Assembly: GCA_035456865.1 (NCBI GenBank)
Contig: DATICK010000250.1
Coordinates: 1-40,779 of the forward strand
Origin: Sulfuricaulis sp.
GTDB lineage: Bacteria; Pseudomonadota; Gammaproteobacteria; Acidiferrobacterales; Sulfurifustaceae
Length of the DNA: 40,779 nt
Reading direction: 5' to 3'
The notes below the pieces were generated by a model. That model did no database searches. It was not told the origin of the DNA and saw nothing but the letters and a program-made list of their open reading frames with translations. Below are positions 1 through 9,690 of the stretch, in pieces. Position numbers and translations under genes: made by a program. Within the stretch, counting starts at the first letter, position 1, and each line of letters starts with the position of its first letter.

Positions 1-958
1 TGGGCTGGCCTTCGGCGATACGGATCTGTTCCTGGACGATGTCCACGCCGGTGATCTGTTCCGTCACGGTGTGTTCCACCTGCAGGCGCGTGTTCATTTC
101 CATGAAATAGAACCGGCCTTCCTGGTCGAACAGGAATTCGACGGTGCCGGCGTTTTCGTAGTTGACGCATCGGGCGGCACGCACGCCCAGCTCGCACACC
201 GCGGCGCGCTGCTCCTCGGTGACCTGGGGTGATGGTGCGATCTCGATCAGCTTCTGATGGCGGCGCTGGATCGAGCAGTCGCGCTCGAACAGGTGAATCA
301 TGTTGCCGTGCTTGTCGCCGAGCACCTGCACCTCGATGTGGCGCGGGTTGAGGAGTGCCTTTTCCAGGAACACGTCGGCGCTGCCGAAGGCCTTGGTGGC
401 TTCGGACACCACGCGCTCGTAGGCGCGGCTCAGTTCGTCTTCGTTGTTGCAGCGGCGGATGCCGCGCCCGCCGCCGCCCGAGGTGGCCTTGAGCATCACC
501 GGGTAACCGATTTTTTTGGCGAGCTTCACCGCCTCGGCCACGTTTTTGAGATTACCCTCGCTGCCGGGCACCACCGGTACGCCGGCGGCGATCATGGCTT
601 CGCGCGCGGCGGTCTTGTCGCCCATGCGACGGATGGCGTCCACGGACGGGCCGATGTAGGTGATCCCGCGCCGCATGCAGACTTCGGTGAGTTGGGGGTT
701 TTCCGAGAGGAAGCCGTAACCGGGATGCAGCGCGTCGCAGCCGGTGGCCACGGCCAGGTTCACGATGCGGTGGGCATTGAGATAGCCGCCGACCGGGTCC
801 GGACCGACGTTGTAGGCTTCGTCGGCTTTTTTGACGTGCAACGCATGACGGTCGGCATCGGTGTAGATGGCGACTGATTTAATGCCCATTTCGGCGCAGG
901 CGCGCACTATGCGTACCGCGATTTCACCGCGGTTGGCAACCAATATCTTTTTGATCAA
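1..958 (-). CDS. pycA: Pyruvate carboxylase subunit A / biotin carboxylase; runs off the left edge
   Basis: Hand translation from TTG at 958 (GGAG upstream) gives MIKKILVANRGEIAVRIVRACAEMGIKSVAIYTDADRHALHVKKADEAY...GCDALHPGYGFLSEN. These are biotin carboxylase motifs, closest in style to Pseudomonas-type PycA. Not in the ORF track because it is truncated. Confidence 0.85.
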   Translation of the reverse strand, partial: MIKKILVANRGEIAVRIVRACAEMGIKSVAIYTDADRHALHVKKADEAYNVGPDPVGGYLNAHRIVNLAVATGCDALHPGYGFLSENPQLTEVCMRRGITYIGPSVDAIRRMGDKTAAREAMIAAGVPVVPGSEGNLKNVAEAVKLAKKIGYPVMLKATSGGGGRGIRRCNNEDELSRAYERVVSEATKAFGSADVFLEKALLNPRHIEVQVLGDKHGNMIHLFERDCSIQRRHQKLIEIAPSPQVTEEQRAAVCELGVRAARCVNYENAGTVEFLFDQEGRFYFMEMNTRLQVEHTVTEQITGVDIVQEQIRIAEGQP

Positions 959-1011
959 GCTGAAAACTCCGCTGAACTGGCCCGGACACTCCCTCGGGGA
1001 ATGCTGCCTTC

Positions 1012-1040
1012 TTTGTACGGAATGGGGCTGGCAGTGTCAA
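1012..1040 (-). promoter_or_regulatory. Putative sigma70 promoter for pycA
   Basis: Minus strand TTGACA (1040-1035), 17 nt, TACAAA (1017-1012). Confidence 0.45.
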
Positions 1041-1077
1041 CCACAACCGCCCGGCTTGCCGCGTCTAAAACCCTATT

Positions 1078-1114
1078 TTGACACAAGTTTGCCGCGAATA
1101 TATGATGCGCCGCC
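1078..1114 (+). promoter_or_regulatory. sigma70 promoter with GC-rich discriminator for the yceD-rpmF-fab operon
   Basis: TTGACA (1078-1083), 17 nt, TATGAT (1101-1106), followed by GCGCCGCC, typical of stringently controlled promoters. Confidence 0.75.
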
Positions 1115-1203
1115 TGTATCCGGCCGGCTGCCGTCGAATTCGCCCGGATGAGAGAGGTCAAGTACCCACCCGGCGCCGGTTTCGCCGCGGGGAAAAGGCG
1201 TAG

Positions 1204-1348
1204 AGAGGGTATCATGTCGCCATCCTGGGAAGTTTCTCGGGACATTTCCGGCGATAGTGCCCGGCTCCCGAGGCGAATGCTCTTTCGGAGACGGGCACAG
1301 GGTCGCCGGAAGGAAAGAGTGTAAGAGGGCATCATGTCGCCATCCTGG
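1204..1348 (+). repeat. Direct repeat of the yceD RBS plus first 5 codons, enclosing a long hairpin
   Basis: AGAGGG(T/C)ATCATGTCGCCATCCTGG at 1204-1228 and 1324-1348 (24/25 identical, 120 nt apart). Hairpin 1246-1311 (TTCCGGCGA/TCGCCGGAA; GTGCCCG/CGGGCAC). Confidence 0.85.
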
Positions 1349-1879
1349 AAAGAGTCACACGGTCATTTACCGGCGACCATAGACCCGATCCAGCTGGCGG
1401 AGAGAGGCGCGCGCCTGACCGGCACGCTCCCGCTGAAGAGCATGCCGCGGCTGATGCAGACGTGTCTGGAAGGCTCGGACGATGTCTACGTCGATCTGCT
1501 CTTCGAGCGCGGTGAGGGCGAGCAGGTATTTCTCATGCATGGGAACCTGCGCGCGCGATTGCACATGACCTGCCAGCGTTGCCTCGAAGGCATGGACCTG
1601 GACGTGGAGGCCGCTCCCTGGTTGATGCTGATGCGACCGGGAAACCGGCGTGACAGGCTCGACGACGAGCCCGACATTCTGGTGGTGGAGAAGCCGCTGC
1701 CGTTGAGCGCACTGGTCGAAGATGAATTGCTGCTGGCGTTGCCGATGGTGCCAACGCATGCGTTGAGTGAATGTCCGGCCGGGACTTACGTGAAGCAAGG
1801 GACGGCCGGCGGCGGAAACCCCGAGGGGAAAAAGAAAAATCCCTTCGCCGCCTTGGACGGATTGAAGAAAACGAGATAG
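1334..1879 (+). CDS. yceD: YceD/DUF177 family protein (23S rRNA accumulation)
   Basis: CQRCL and EDELLLALPMVP motifs, C-terminal NPFAAL, directly upstream of rpmF. Confidence 0.93.
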   Translation: MSPSWKESHGHLPATIDPIQLAERGARLTGTLPLKSMPRLMQTCLEGSDDVYVDLLFERGEGEQVFLMHGNLRARLHMTCQRCLEGMDLDVEAAPWLMLMRPGNRRDRLDDEPDILVVEKPLPLSALVEDELLLALPMVPTHALSECPAGTYVKQGTAGGGNPEGKKKNPFAALDGLKKTR

Positions 1880-1910
1880 TGCCGGTTATTTTACCTGACG
1901 AGGATTTACC

Positions 1911-2093
1911 ATGGCCGTACAGAAAAGCCGAGTATCACCTTCCCGCCGCGGCATGCGTCGTTCACACGACAAGCTGAAGAAGTCGGCGCTTTCGGTTGAC
2001 AAGACGAGCGGCGAAACGCATCGCCGGCATCAGGTCACCGCCGACGGATATTATCGCGGCCGTAAAGTGCTGGACACCAAACCGGAAAATTGA
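1911..2093 (+). CDS. rpmF: 50S ribosomal protein L32
   Basis: [20 protein letters not shown]...GETHRRH..GYYRG. Confidence 0.98.
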   Translation: MAVQKSRVSPSRRGMRRSHDKLKKSALSVDKTSGETHRRHQVTADGYYRGRKVLDTKPEN

Positions 2094-2293
2094 GGCGGCG
2101 TGTACCTGTTCGATAAAGTTGCTGACCTGAATCCCGTAATCGGGCTTCGTGGTGAGCCGTTTGCCGCCTCAATTTTCGAACAATCATAAATTAATTTCAT
2201 TATTGATCCGGCATGTTGATAATTCCATGAAAGCACCAGAATATTTTTTCGTGCATTTCTTCCTTCAACAAGGTTCATGCCGGATCAATAATG
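2085..2293. repeat. Double-hairpin element, copy 1
   Basis: Perfect 15-bp inverted repeat 2085-2099/2163-2177 (GAAAATTGAGGCGGC) and perfect 18-bp inverted repeat 2198-2215/2276-2293 (CATTATTGATCCGGCATG). Homologous to 6515-6721. Confidence 0.85.
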
Positions 2294-2329
2294 GCGGTTT
2301 GAACCGGAACCGTTCAGGGACTTGAGAAC

Positions 2330-3349
2330 GTGATCACGATTGCCCTCGACGCCATGGGGGGCGATCACGGTGTCGGCGTCACCGTGCCCGCCGCCCTCAA
2401 GACGCTACGCGACGAACCGACGCTGAAGCTGATCTTGGTAGGCCAGCGCGATGCCATCGAAGCCGAATTGAAACACCACCACGCGGCCGAAGGCGAGCGC
2501 CTTGTCATCCATCATGCCTCGGAAGTAGTGGGCATGGATGAACCTCCGGCGCAGGCGCTGCGCGGCAAGAAAGACTCCTCCATGCGCGTGGCCATCAACC
2601 TCGTCAAGGAAGGCGCGGCCCAGGCCGCTGTCTCCGCCGGCAACACCGGGGCGCTCATGGCGACTTCGCGTTTTGTCCTCAAGACCCTGCCCGGGATCGA
2701 CCGTCCGGCTATCGTCACGACACTGCCCACGATGCATGACCACGTGCATATGCTGGACCTTGGCGCCAACGTGGACTGCACGCCGGAGCAACTTCTGCAG
2801 TTCGCCATCATGGGCTCCATTCTGGTCGGCGCTGTCGAGGAAAATCCGCGTCCGCGTGTCGCGTTGCTCAACATTGGCGCGGAAGACATCAAGGGCAACG
2901 AGATCGTCAAAAAGACCCACGAATTGCTTCGCGCCAGTTCGTTGAATTATTGCGGCTATGTCGAGGGCAATGAAATCTACACGGGCAACATGGACGTGAT
3001 CGTGTGTGACGGTTTTGTCGGCAACGTGATGCTCAAGACGAGCGAGGGCCTGGCGCGCATGATCACGCATTTCATGAAGCAGGAATTCCGGCGCAACATC
3101 CTCACGCGACTTTCCGCCCTGGTGGCGATCCCGGTGTTGCACGCTTTCAAGAAGCGCGTGGACCCGCGCCGTTACAACGGCGCCACCTTCATTGGCCTGA
3201 ACGGGATCGTGATCAAAAGCCACGGTGGAGCGGATATCCTGGCCTTCGAACATGCCATTCTCGAAGCGCTGGCGGAGGTAAGCCACAATGTGCCCGAGCG
3301 CATCGGGCGAGAACTGACCGCGATGGCGGCCAAGGGTGCAGTGGCATGA
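2330..3349 (+). CDS. plsX: Phosphate acyltransferase PlsX
   Basis: [26 protein letters not shown] motifs. Confidence 0.97.
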   Translation: MITIALDAMGGDHGVGVTVPAALKTLRDEPTLKLILVGQRDAIEAELKHHHAAEGERLVIHHASEVVGMDEPPAQALRGKKDSSMRVAINLVKEGAAQAAVSAGNTGALMATSRFVLKTLPGIDRPAIVTTLPTMHDHVHMLDLGANVDCTPEQLLQFAIMGSILVGAVEENPRPRVALLNIGAEDIKGNEIVKKTHELLRASSLNYCGYVEGNEIYTGNMDVIVCDGFVGNVMLKTSEGLARMITHFMKQEFRRNILTRLSALVAIPVLHAFKKRVDPRRYNGATFIGLNGIVIKSHGGADILAFEHAILEALAEVSHNVPERIGRELTAMAAKGAVA

Positions 3350-3359
3350 GGCGGCGGGC

Positions 3360-4328
3360 ATGATCCATTCGCGCATCATCGGCACCGGCGGCTACCTGCC
3401 GGCCAAGGTGCTCACCAACCACGATCTCGAGAAGATGGTCGAGACGACGGATCAGTGGATTGTCGAGCGCACCGGCATCCGCGAGCGTCACATCGCGGCC
3501 GCGGGCGAAACCAGCGCCTCCATGGGCGAGCAGGCCGCGCGGCGCGCCATCGAGGCGGCTGGCATCAGCACCAAAGACATCGACCTTATCATCGTGGCGA
3601 CCACCACCGCCGATCAGGTATTTCCGAGCACCGCCTGTTTGCTTCAAGACCGCCTGAAGATACATGGTTGCGCGGCGTTTGATGTCCAGGCGGTATGCAC
3701 GGGTTTCGTGTACGCGCTGGGAATCGCGGACAAATTCATCCGCACCGGTTCTGCCAGGCACGCCCTGGTCGTGGGCAGCGAAACCCTGTCGCGCATCACC
3801 GATTGGACCGACCGTGCCACCTGTGTATTGTTTGGCGATGGTGCCGGCGCCGTGGTGCTCGCGGCATCGAAGACCCCCGGCATCATTTCCACGCATCTGC
3901 ATGCCGACGGCAAGTACAAGGACCTGCTCAGCGTTCCCGCCGGAATCTCTCGGGGTTATGACAAGGTCGTCAACGGCACGGCTTATATGAAGATGGAAGG
4001 CAACGAGGTGTTCAAAGTGGCGGTGAACACCCTCGGGCGCATCGTGGACGAAACGCTGGCGGCGAATCACATGAAGAAATCCGATATCCAGTGGCTCGTC
4101 CCGCATCAGGCCAACCACCGTATCATCGCGGCCACCGCGAAGAAACTTGGCATGTCCATGGATCATGTGGTGCAGACGGTGGAACGTCATGGCAATACCT
4201 CGGCGGCTTCTATCCCGCTGGCCTTCGACGAGGCGGTGCGCGACGGGCGCATCAAGCCCGGCGATACCGTGCTGATGGAGGCTTTCGGCGGCGGCTTCAC
4301 ATGGGGCTCGGTGCTTTTGAAGTATTGA
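3360..4328 (+). CDS. fabH: Beta-ketoacyl-ACP synthase III
   Basis: AVCTGF (catalytic Cys), PHQAN, GNTSAAS. Start placed at ATG 3360 ([10 protein letters not shown]). Confidence 0.96.
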   Translation: MIHSRIIGTGGYLPAKVLTNHDLEKMVETTDQWIVERTGIRERHIAAAGETSASMGEQAARRAIEAAGISTKDIDLIIVATTTADQVFPSTACLLQDRLKIHGCAAFDVQAVCTGFVYALGIADKFIRTGSARHALVVGSETLSRITDWTDRATCVLFGDGAGAVVLAASKTPGIISTHLHADGKYKDLLSVPAGISRGYDKVVNGTAYMKMEGNEVFKVAVNTLGRIVDETLAANHMKKSDIQWLVPHQANHRIIAATAKKLGMSMDHVVQTVERHGNTSAASIPLAFDEAVRDGRIKPGDTVLMEAFGGGFTWGSVLLKY

Positions 4329-4332
4329 TTCG

Positions 4333-4436
4333 AACCGCCAGGACGCCAGGATCGGCAAAGAACATCGAAGAAAGAAAACATCTTGAGAAATATTTTTCTT
4401 GAATCTTTTCTTGGCGCTCCTGGCGTCCTGGCGGTT
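4333..4436. repeat. MITE/REP-like palindromic element
   Basis: Perfect 19-bp inverted repeat AACCGCCAGGACGCCAGGA (4333-4351) / TCCTGGCGTCCTGGCGGTT (4418-4436) around a 66-nt AT-rich interior. Confidence 0.8.
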
Positions 4437-4460
4437 TTAAAAATTTAAAATGGTGTTTTT

Positions 4461-5396
4461 ATGAAACTGGCATTCGTTTTTCCCGGACAAGGTTCGCACT
4501 CGGTCGGCATGATGAACGCGCTGGCCGCCGAGTTTCCCGTCGTCAGGCAAACCTTCAGCGAAGCTTCGCAGGCGCTCGGCTACGACCTCTGGCAGGTGGT
4601 GGAGCAGGGACCGGAAGAAAAACTCAATCAAACCGAGGTAACCCAGCCGGCAATGCTGACCGCCGATATCGCCACCTGGCGCGCGTGGCTTGAGAGCAAA
4701 GGCCCGCTGCCACAGGTGATGGCAGGCCACAGCCTCGGCGAATATTCCGCGCTGGTGTGCGCCGAGGCGCTCGATTTTTCCGCTGCCGTGAGACTGGTCG
4801 CGGATCGCGCGCGCTTCATGCAGGAAGCAGTGCCGATCGGACAGGGTGGCATTGCTGCGATTCTGGGTCTGGACGACGATGCCGTGCGCAAACTTTGCGA
4901 ACAGGCAGCCCAGGGTGAGATTCTTGACGCGGTCAATTTCAATTCGCCGAATCAGGTGGTGATCGCCGGGGCCGCGGCGGCCGTGGCCCGCGCCGTGGAG
5001 CAGTCCAAGGCGGCCGGCGCCAAGCGCGCCGTGGTGCTGCCCATGAGCGTACCGGCGCACAGCCGGCTTATGCATCCGGCGGCGCTGCGCATGGCCGAAA
5101 GGATCAAGACCGTGAACGTGCAATCGCCGCGCGTGCCGGTCATTCACAACGTTCATCTGCGGGCGGAATCCGACCCGGAGGAAATTCGAAATGCGCTCGT
5201 GCGCCAGATAGAATCCCCGGTGCGCTGGGTTGAGCTGATCCAGAAAATGGCCGCCGATGGCGTGGACCGGATGGTAGAATGCGGTCCGGGCAAGGTGCTC
5301 GCGGGTCTCAACAAGCGCATCGTCAAGACCTTTGAAACGCTGCCGGTGTACGATCCGGTGACACTGCGCGCGGCGTTGTCGACGCTGACAAATTAG
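4461..5396 (+). CDS. fabD: Malonyl-CoA:ACP transacylase
   Basis: FVFPGQGS, TQPA, GHSLGEY motifs. Confidence 0.97.
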   Translation: MKLAFVFPGQGSHSVGMMNALAAEFPVVRQTFSEASQALGYDLWQVVEQGPEEKLNQTEVTQPAMLTADIATWRAWLESKGPLPQVMAGHSLGEYSALVCAEALDFSAAVRLVADRARFMQEAVPIGQGGIAAILGLDDDAVRKLCEQAAQGEILDAVNFNSPNQVVIAGAAAAVARAVEQSKAAGAKRAVVLPMSVPAHSRLMHPAALRMAERIKTVNVQSPRVPVIHNVHLRAESDPEEIRNALVRQIESPVRWVELIQKMAADGVDRMVECGPGKVLAGLNKRIVKTFETLPVYDPVTLRAALSTLTN

Positions 5397-5412
5397 CAAA
5401 AAGGAAAACAGC

Positions 5413-6156
5413 ATGATTCTGAAAGGCCAAATCGCCCTGGTCACGGGCGCCAGCCGCGGCATCGGGCAGGCGATCGCGCTCGAGCTGGGGCGGCAGGGAG
5501 CCCAGGTGATTGGCACCGCGACATCGAACGATGGAGCGGAAAAAATCACCCAAGCCCTGAAGCAAAATAACGTCGCCGGGAGAGGGATCGTGCTTGACGT
5601 AAACAGCGCCGATTCCATCGCCGCGGCTCTGTCGGAACTGGAAAAATCCAGCGCCACACCGACCATACTGGTCAACAATGCGGGCATCACGCGAGATAAC
5701 CTGTTGCTGCGCATGACCGAAGAGGAGTGGGACGCGATTCTCGATACCAATCTCAAGTCGGTTTACCGGATGACCAAGGCCTGCCTGCGCGCCATGACCA
5801 AGGCGCGCTGGGGACGCATCATCAGCATCAGCTCGGTGGTGGGCGCGATGGGCAACGCCGGACAGGTCAACTATGCTGCCGCCAAGGCCGGCCTGATCGG
5901 CTTCACCAAGGCGCTGGCGCGCGAGGTGGGTTCGCGCAATATCACGGTGAATGCCGTGGCCCCGGGCTTCATCGACACCGACATGACCCGGGCCCTGCCC
6001 GAAGCGCAGAGGGAGGCGCTGCTCAAGCAGATTCCGCTGGGCCGGCTGGGCCGGGCCGAGGAGATCGCCCAAGCCGTGGCGTTCCTCGCCTCGCCGCAGG
6101 CCGGTTATATTACTGGTACAACTTTGCACGTGAATGGCGGAATGTACATGAATTAG
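5413..6156 (+). CDS. fabG: 3-oxoacyl-ACP reductase
   Basis: TGASRGIG, NNAGITRD, YAAAK SDR motifs. Confidence 0.97.
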   Translation: MILKGQIALVTGASRGIGQAIALELGRQGAQVIGTATSNDGAEKITQALKQNNVAGRGIVLDVNSADSIAAALSELEKSSATPTILVNNAGITRDNLLLRMTEEEWDAILDTNLKSVYRMTKACLRAMTKARWGRIISISSVVGAMGNAGQVNYAAAKAGLIGFTKALAREVGSRNITVNAVAPGFIDTDMTRALPEAQREALLKQIPLGRLGRAEEIAQAVAFLASPQAGYITGTTLHVNGGMYMN

Positions 6157-6272
6157 GCGGGGTATCCCGCTGAAAACCATCGTCTGTCGATTGGCTGGAC
6201 GATTTTGGGCAAATGGTGTTAACTATGCGCCCGCACGCGGGCAGTAAATCAATTTTGGAGGGAAAATCACCC

Positions 6273-6509
6273 ATGAGCAGTGTAGAAGAGCGCGTCAAGA
6301 AAATCGTTGTGGAGCAGCTGGGAGTCAATGAAGGCGAGGTCAAGCCCGGGGCTTCTTTTGTGGATGATCTGGGCGCGGATTCCCTGGATACTGTGGAACT
6401 GGTGATGGCGCTGGAAGAGGAATTCGACTGTGAAATTCCCGACGACCAGGCGGAAAAGATCACCACGGTCCAGCAGGCCATTGATTACGTCAATTCCCGT
6501 CTGAACTGA
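6273..6509 (+). CDS. acpP: Acyl carrier protein
   Basis: [20 protein letters not shown]. Start at ATG 6273 after GGAGGG. Confidence 0.98.
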   Translation: MSSVEERVKKIVVEQLGVNEGEVKPGASFVDDLGADSLDTVELVMALEEEFDCEIPDDQAEKITTVQQAIDYVNSRLN

Positions 6510-6514
6510 TTACT

Positions 6515-6721
6515 CATTATTGCGGCGGCACGAATTCAACTGAACATGCCCGTGGGTTGTTATTTCAACGGCCTTGGGATATCGAAGTCGTTAAGCCGCC
6601 GCAATAATGGAAATCTTAATGAATTTTGTTATTGACCCGGCATGGCAGTGCCGTCACGGGTGCCTGGTAACACCCGTCGCAGCCTGCCTTCATTCAAGCA
6701 CGATAATGCCGGGTCAATAAC
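6515..6721. repeat. Double-hairpin element, copy 2
   Basis: Perfect 15-bp inverted repeat 6515-6529/6595-6609 (CATTATTGCGGCGGC) and perfect 16-bp inverted repeat 6628-6643/6706-6721 (GTTATTGACCCGGCAT). Homologous to 2085-2293. Confidence 0.85.
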
Positions 6722-6723
6722 TG

Positions 6724-6764
6724 GAGGGGCCGTCATCCGCAATGGGTGACGGCCTCTCGGTTTT
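6724..6764 (+). terminator. Probable intrinsic terminator or attenuator between acpP and fabF
   Basis: 15-bp GC-rich stem (2 G-U pairs) GAGGGGCCGTCATCC-gcaat-GGGTGACGGCCTCTC followed by GGTTTT; the U-tract is weak. Confidence 0.55.
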
Positions 6765-6808
6765 ATAAGCGCGGCGGAAACGCCGTGCCCACAATGAGGG
6801 ATTCGTCT

Positions 6809-8053
6809 TTGAGCAAGCGACGCGTCGTCATCACCGGCCTCGGTATCGTTTCTCCCCTCGGCATCGGTGTCGCCGAAAACTGGCGCAACATTCTGGCCGG
6901 TAAAAGCGGTATTACCCGCATCACTCATTTCGATGCCACCGGTTATCCCTCGATGATTGCCGGCGAGGTCAAGAACTTCGACCCCACGCAGTTCGGCATG
7001 ACCGAGAAAGAAGCTCGCCGCATGGACCGCTTCATCCAGCTCGGCATGGCGGCCGGCATCGAGGCAATCAAGGACTCCGGACTGGAAGTGACCGAAGCCA
7101 ACGCCGAGCGCATCGGCGTGCACATCGGTTCCGGCATCGGCGGCGTCGGCACCATCGAGGACACCACCAAAACCGTGCTGGAAAAAGGCCCGCGCCGGGT
7201 TTCTCCTTTTTATGTCCCCATGAGCATCATCAACATGATCTCGGGCGATCTCTCGGTGATGTACGGCCTCAAGGGACCGAATCTCGCCATGGTCAGCGCT
7301 TGCGCCACGGCCACCCATGGCATCGGCGATGCCGGGCGGCTGATCGAATACGGCGACGCCGACGTCATGATCGCCGGCGGCGGTGAGGCCGCTGTCACGC
7401 CAACCGCTGTCGCCGGATTCGGCAACGCCAAGGCGCTGTCCACGTGCAACGACAGCCCGGAAGCCGCCAGCCGTCCGTGGGACAAGGATCGCGATGGTTT
7501 CGTGTTGAGCGAGGGCGCGGGCGTAGTGGTGCTGGAGGAATACGAGCATGCCAAGAAGCGGGGCGCAAAAATATACTGCGAACTGGTCGGCTTCGGCATG
7601 AGCGGCGACGCCTATCACATGACCAGCCCGCCGGAGAACGGCGAGGGCGCGGCGCGTTGCATGCTTAACGCCCTGCGCAACGCCGGGCTCAATCCGGACC
7701 AGGTGCAGTACGTTAACGCCCACGGCACCTCGACGCAGCTTGGTGACCGCGCCGAATCGCTCGCTGCCAAGACCACCTTCGGCGCGCACGCGAGGAAAAT
7801 CGCCATGAGCTCGACCAAATCCATGACCGGCCACCTGCTCGGTGCGGCCGGCGGTGTCGAGGCGATTTATACCGCTCTCGCGGTGCGTGAGCAGATTGCG
7901 CCGCCCACCATCAATCTCACCACGCCCGATCCGGAATGCGATCTGGATTACGTTCCAGGTGCCGCGCGCAAGATGAAGATTGACGTGGCGATTTCCAATT
8001 CCTTCGGTTTCGGCGGCACCAACGGGACACTGGTGTTCCGCAAGCTGGCGTGA
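6809..8053 (+). CDS. fabF: Beta-ketoacyl-ACP synthase II
   Basis: [12 protein letters not shown]-terminus, [25 protein letters not shown] start at 6809 after GAGGG. Confidence 0.96.
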   Translation: MSKRRVVITGLGIVSPLGIGVAENWRNILAGKSGITRITHFDATGYPSMIAGEVKNFDPTQFGMTEKEARRMDRFIQLGMAAGIEAIKDSGLEVTEANAERIGVHIGSGIGGVGTIEDTTKTVLEKGPRRVSPFYVPMSIINMISGDLSVMYGLKGPNLAMVSACATATHGIGDAGRLIEYGDADVMIAGGGEAAVTPTAVAGFGNAKALSTCNDSPEAASRPWDKDRDGFVLSEGAGVVVLEEYEHAKKRGAKIYCELVGFGMSGDAYHMTSPPENGEGAARCMLNALRNAGLNPDQVQYVNAHGTSTQLGDRAESLAAKTTFGAHARKIAMSSTKSMTGHLLGAAGGVEAIYTALAVREQIAPPTINLTTPDPECDLDYVPGAARKMKIDVAISNSFGFGGTNGTLVFRKLA

Positions 8054-9468
8054 ATGCCAACCCGGCCCATACGCTAAACGCTTCCACACCGGGATATGTC
8101 TGCCGCCAATTGGCGGCGATTCCCGATCTCAGCGCGCTTCACGCCCGATTTCCCCAGCGCTATCCGCACCTGCTCACGAGCGTCGCGCGCGGTACGCCGC
8201 GGGCGCGTTATGACATCCTGTTCGCGTTTCCCGGAGACTCCCTGACACTGGACGCGGACCATCGGCTGAGCCGAAACGGTCGATTGTTGGGCACCGATGA
8301 TTTCCTTGATGCTCTTGATCGTGAGTGGAGACAGCAATCCACTACAGTCGATCAGGGCGCTATACCGACGGATGCCGCGCCGCCTTTCACCGGCGGATGG
8401 TTTGTCTTTCTTGGCTACGAATTGGTGTCGCAGATCGAACCAACCGTAACCGGCATTCGGCATGATTCGGCATTTCCGGTGGCCTGTGCCACGCGCATCC
8501 CGGCCGCCATCATCATCGACCATCTCGAGCAGCATACGCTGCTGGTGTGTGAGACCGAACGCGCCAGCGAAATTCTTCCGACGCTCGAGGCCGATATGCA
8601 AAGCCCAACGATAGTGAACGCCGAAGAGATCGCTATCGCGCAGGTTCATGAAGAAGAGCCCGCACGATTTCTGGAACATGTCCGACGGGTGCAGGACTAC
8701 ATCCGTGCGGGGGATGTCTTTCAGGTGAATCTCTCACGTAAGTGGCGAATTTCCCCGCGCGTCTCCGTCAATCCGATATCGCTCTACCGTCGCTTGTGTG
8801 CGACAAATCCGGCGCCTTTTGCGGGCCTGATGACCCTGGGTAACGGGCGCGCCGTCATCAGTTCATCGCCGGAACGCCTGGTGGAAGTGCGCGGCCGAAC
8901 CGTACGCACACGACCCATTGCCGGTACGTATCCGCGCAGCCAGGATCCAAGAGAAGACGAAGCTCTGTCGCGGGACCTGCTGCGACATCCCAAGGAGCGC
9001 GCCGAGCACGTGATGCTCATTGATCTCGAGCGCAACGATCTCGGCCGTGTGTGCCGCACGGGTTCGGTGCAGGTGAAGGAATTCATGGCGCTCGAGTCCT
9101 ACCGGCATGTGCATCACATCGTCTCCGAGGTCAATGGTGAATTACGCGATGACGTCACGCCGGCGCAGGTGATACGCGCCGTGTTCCCGGGCGGAACCAT
9201 CACCGGTTGCCCCAAGGTGCGTTGCATGCAGATCATCGCCGCGCTCGAACAGGCACCGCGTACCGCCTATACCGGGTCCATGGGATATCTCAATCGCGAC
9301 GGCAGTCTCGACATGAATATTCTGATTCGGACCCTCATCCAGAACGGAAACGAAATCAGCCTGCGCGCCGGCGCCGGCATCGTGGCCGATTCCATTCCGG
9401 AGCGGGAGCTGGCCGAGACCCGAGCCAAGGCGAAAGGCATGCTCGCGGCTTTGGGTGTGGCGACATGA
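8050..9468 (+). CDS. pabB: Aminodeoxychorismate synthase component I (chorismate-binding)
   Basis: [51 protein letters not shown]. Next to pabC. Confidence 0.85.
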   Translation: MNANPAHTLNASTPGYVCRQLAAIPDLSALHARFPQRYPHLLTSVARGTPRARYDILFAFPGDSLTLDADHRLSRNGRLLGTDDFLDALDREWRQQSTTVDQGAIPTDAAPPFTGGWFVFLGYELVSQIEPTVTGIRHDSAFPVACATRIPAAIIIDHLEQHTLLVCETERASEILPTLEADMQSPTIVNAEEIAIAQVHEEEPARFLEHVRRVQDYIRAGDVFQVNLSRKWRISPRVSVNPISLYRRLCATNPAPFAGLMTLGNGRAVISSSPERLVEVRGRTVRTRPIAGTYPRSQDPREDEALSRDLLRHPKERAEHVMLIDLERNDLGRVCRTGSVQVKEFMALESYRHVHHIVSEVNGELRDDVTPAQVIRAVFPGGTITGCPKVRCMQIIAALEQAPRTAYTGSMGYLNRDGSLDMNILIRTLIQNGNEISLRAGAGIVADSIPERELAETRAKAKGMLAALGVAT

Positions 9469-9690
9469 GCAGGGCGCAGGGGCCCAGTGCGAAGCGCGGG
9501 GATGCGACCGCGGCGAATGTCGCCGGCCGCCGACAATTCGATGTTTCAGTCATGTTCGACCTGTCGGAGGCGGCGGGCGTGAGCAGGGAACAGGGGTTCA
9601 ACGCAGCGGGGATGCAACCGTGGCGAATGCCGCCGGACGCCGACGGCATTGCGTGTTGGTCTGGCTCGGCTTCACGGAGGCGGAGTGAGC
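9465..9690 (+). repeat. Two tandem imperfect units (114 and 106 nt) between pabB and pabC
   Basis: Units start at 9465 (ATGAGCAGGG) and 9579 (GTGAGCAGGG), share GCGGGGATGCRACCGYGGCGAATGYCGCCGGMCGCCGAC, and end in GGAGGCGG before the next GTGAGC. Confidence 0.8.

Noticed and set aside
257-877. 206-aa + strand ORF, and the many other long antisense ORFs (e.g. 4437-5756, 6629-8089, 15470-16678, 23206-24372)
   Set aside because: Shadow ORFs opposite well-supported genes in GC-rich DNA, with no recognisable motifs.
1102-1203. 33-codon ORF MMRRLYPAG...EKA*
   Set aside because: Its ATGs lie inside the predicted -10 box (TATGAT), so they would not be transcribed from that promoter.
2085-6721. Double-hairpin elements as integron attC sites or a CRISPR array
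   Set aside because: No RYYYAAC...GTTRRRY ends, no integrase or cas genes, only two loops per locus, and the flanking genes are housekeeping.
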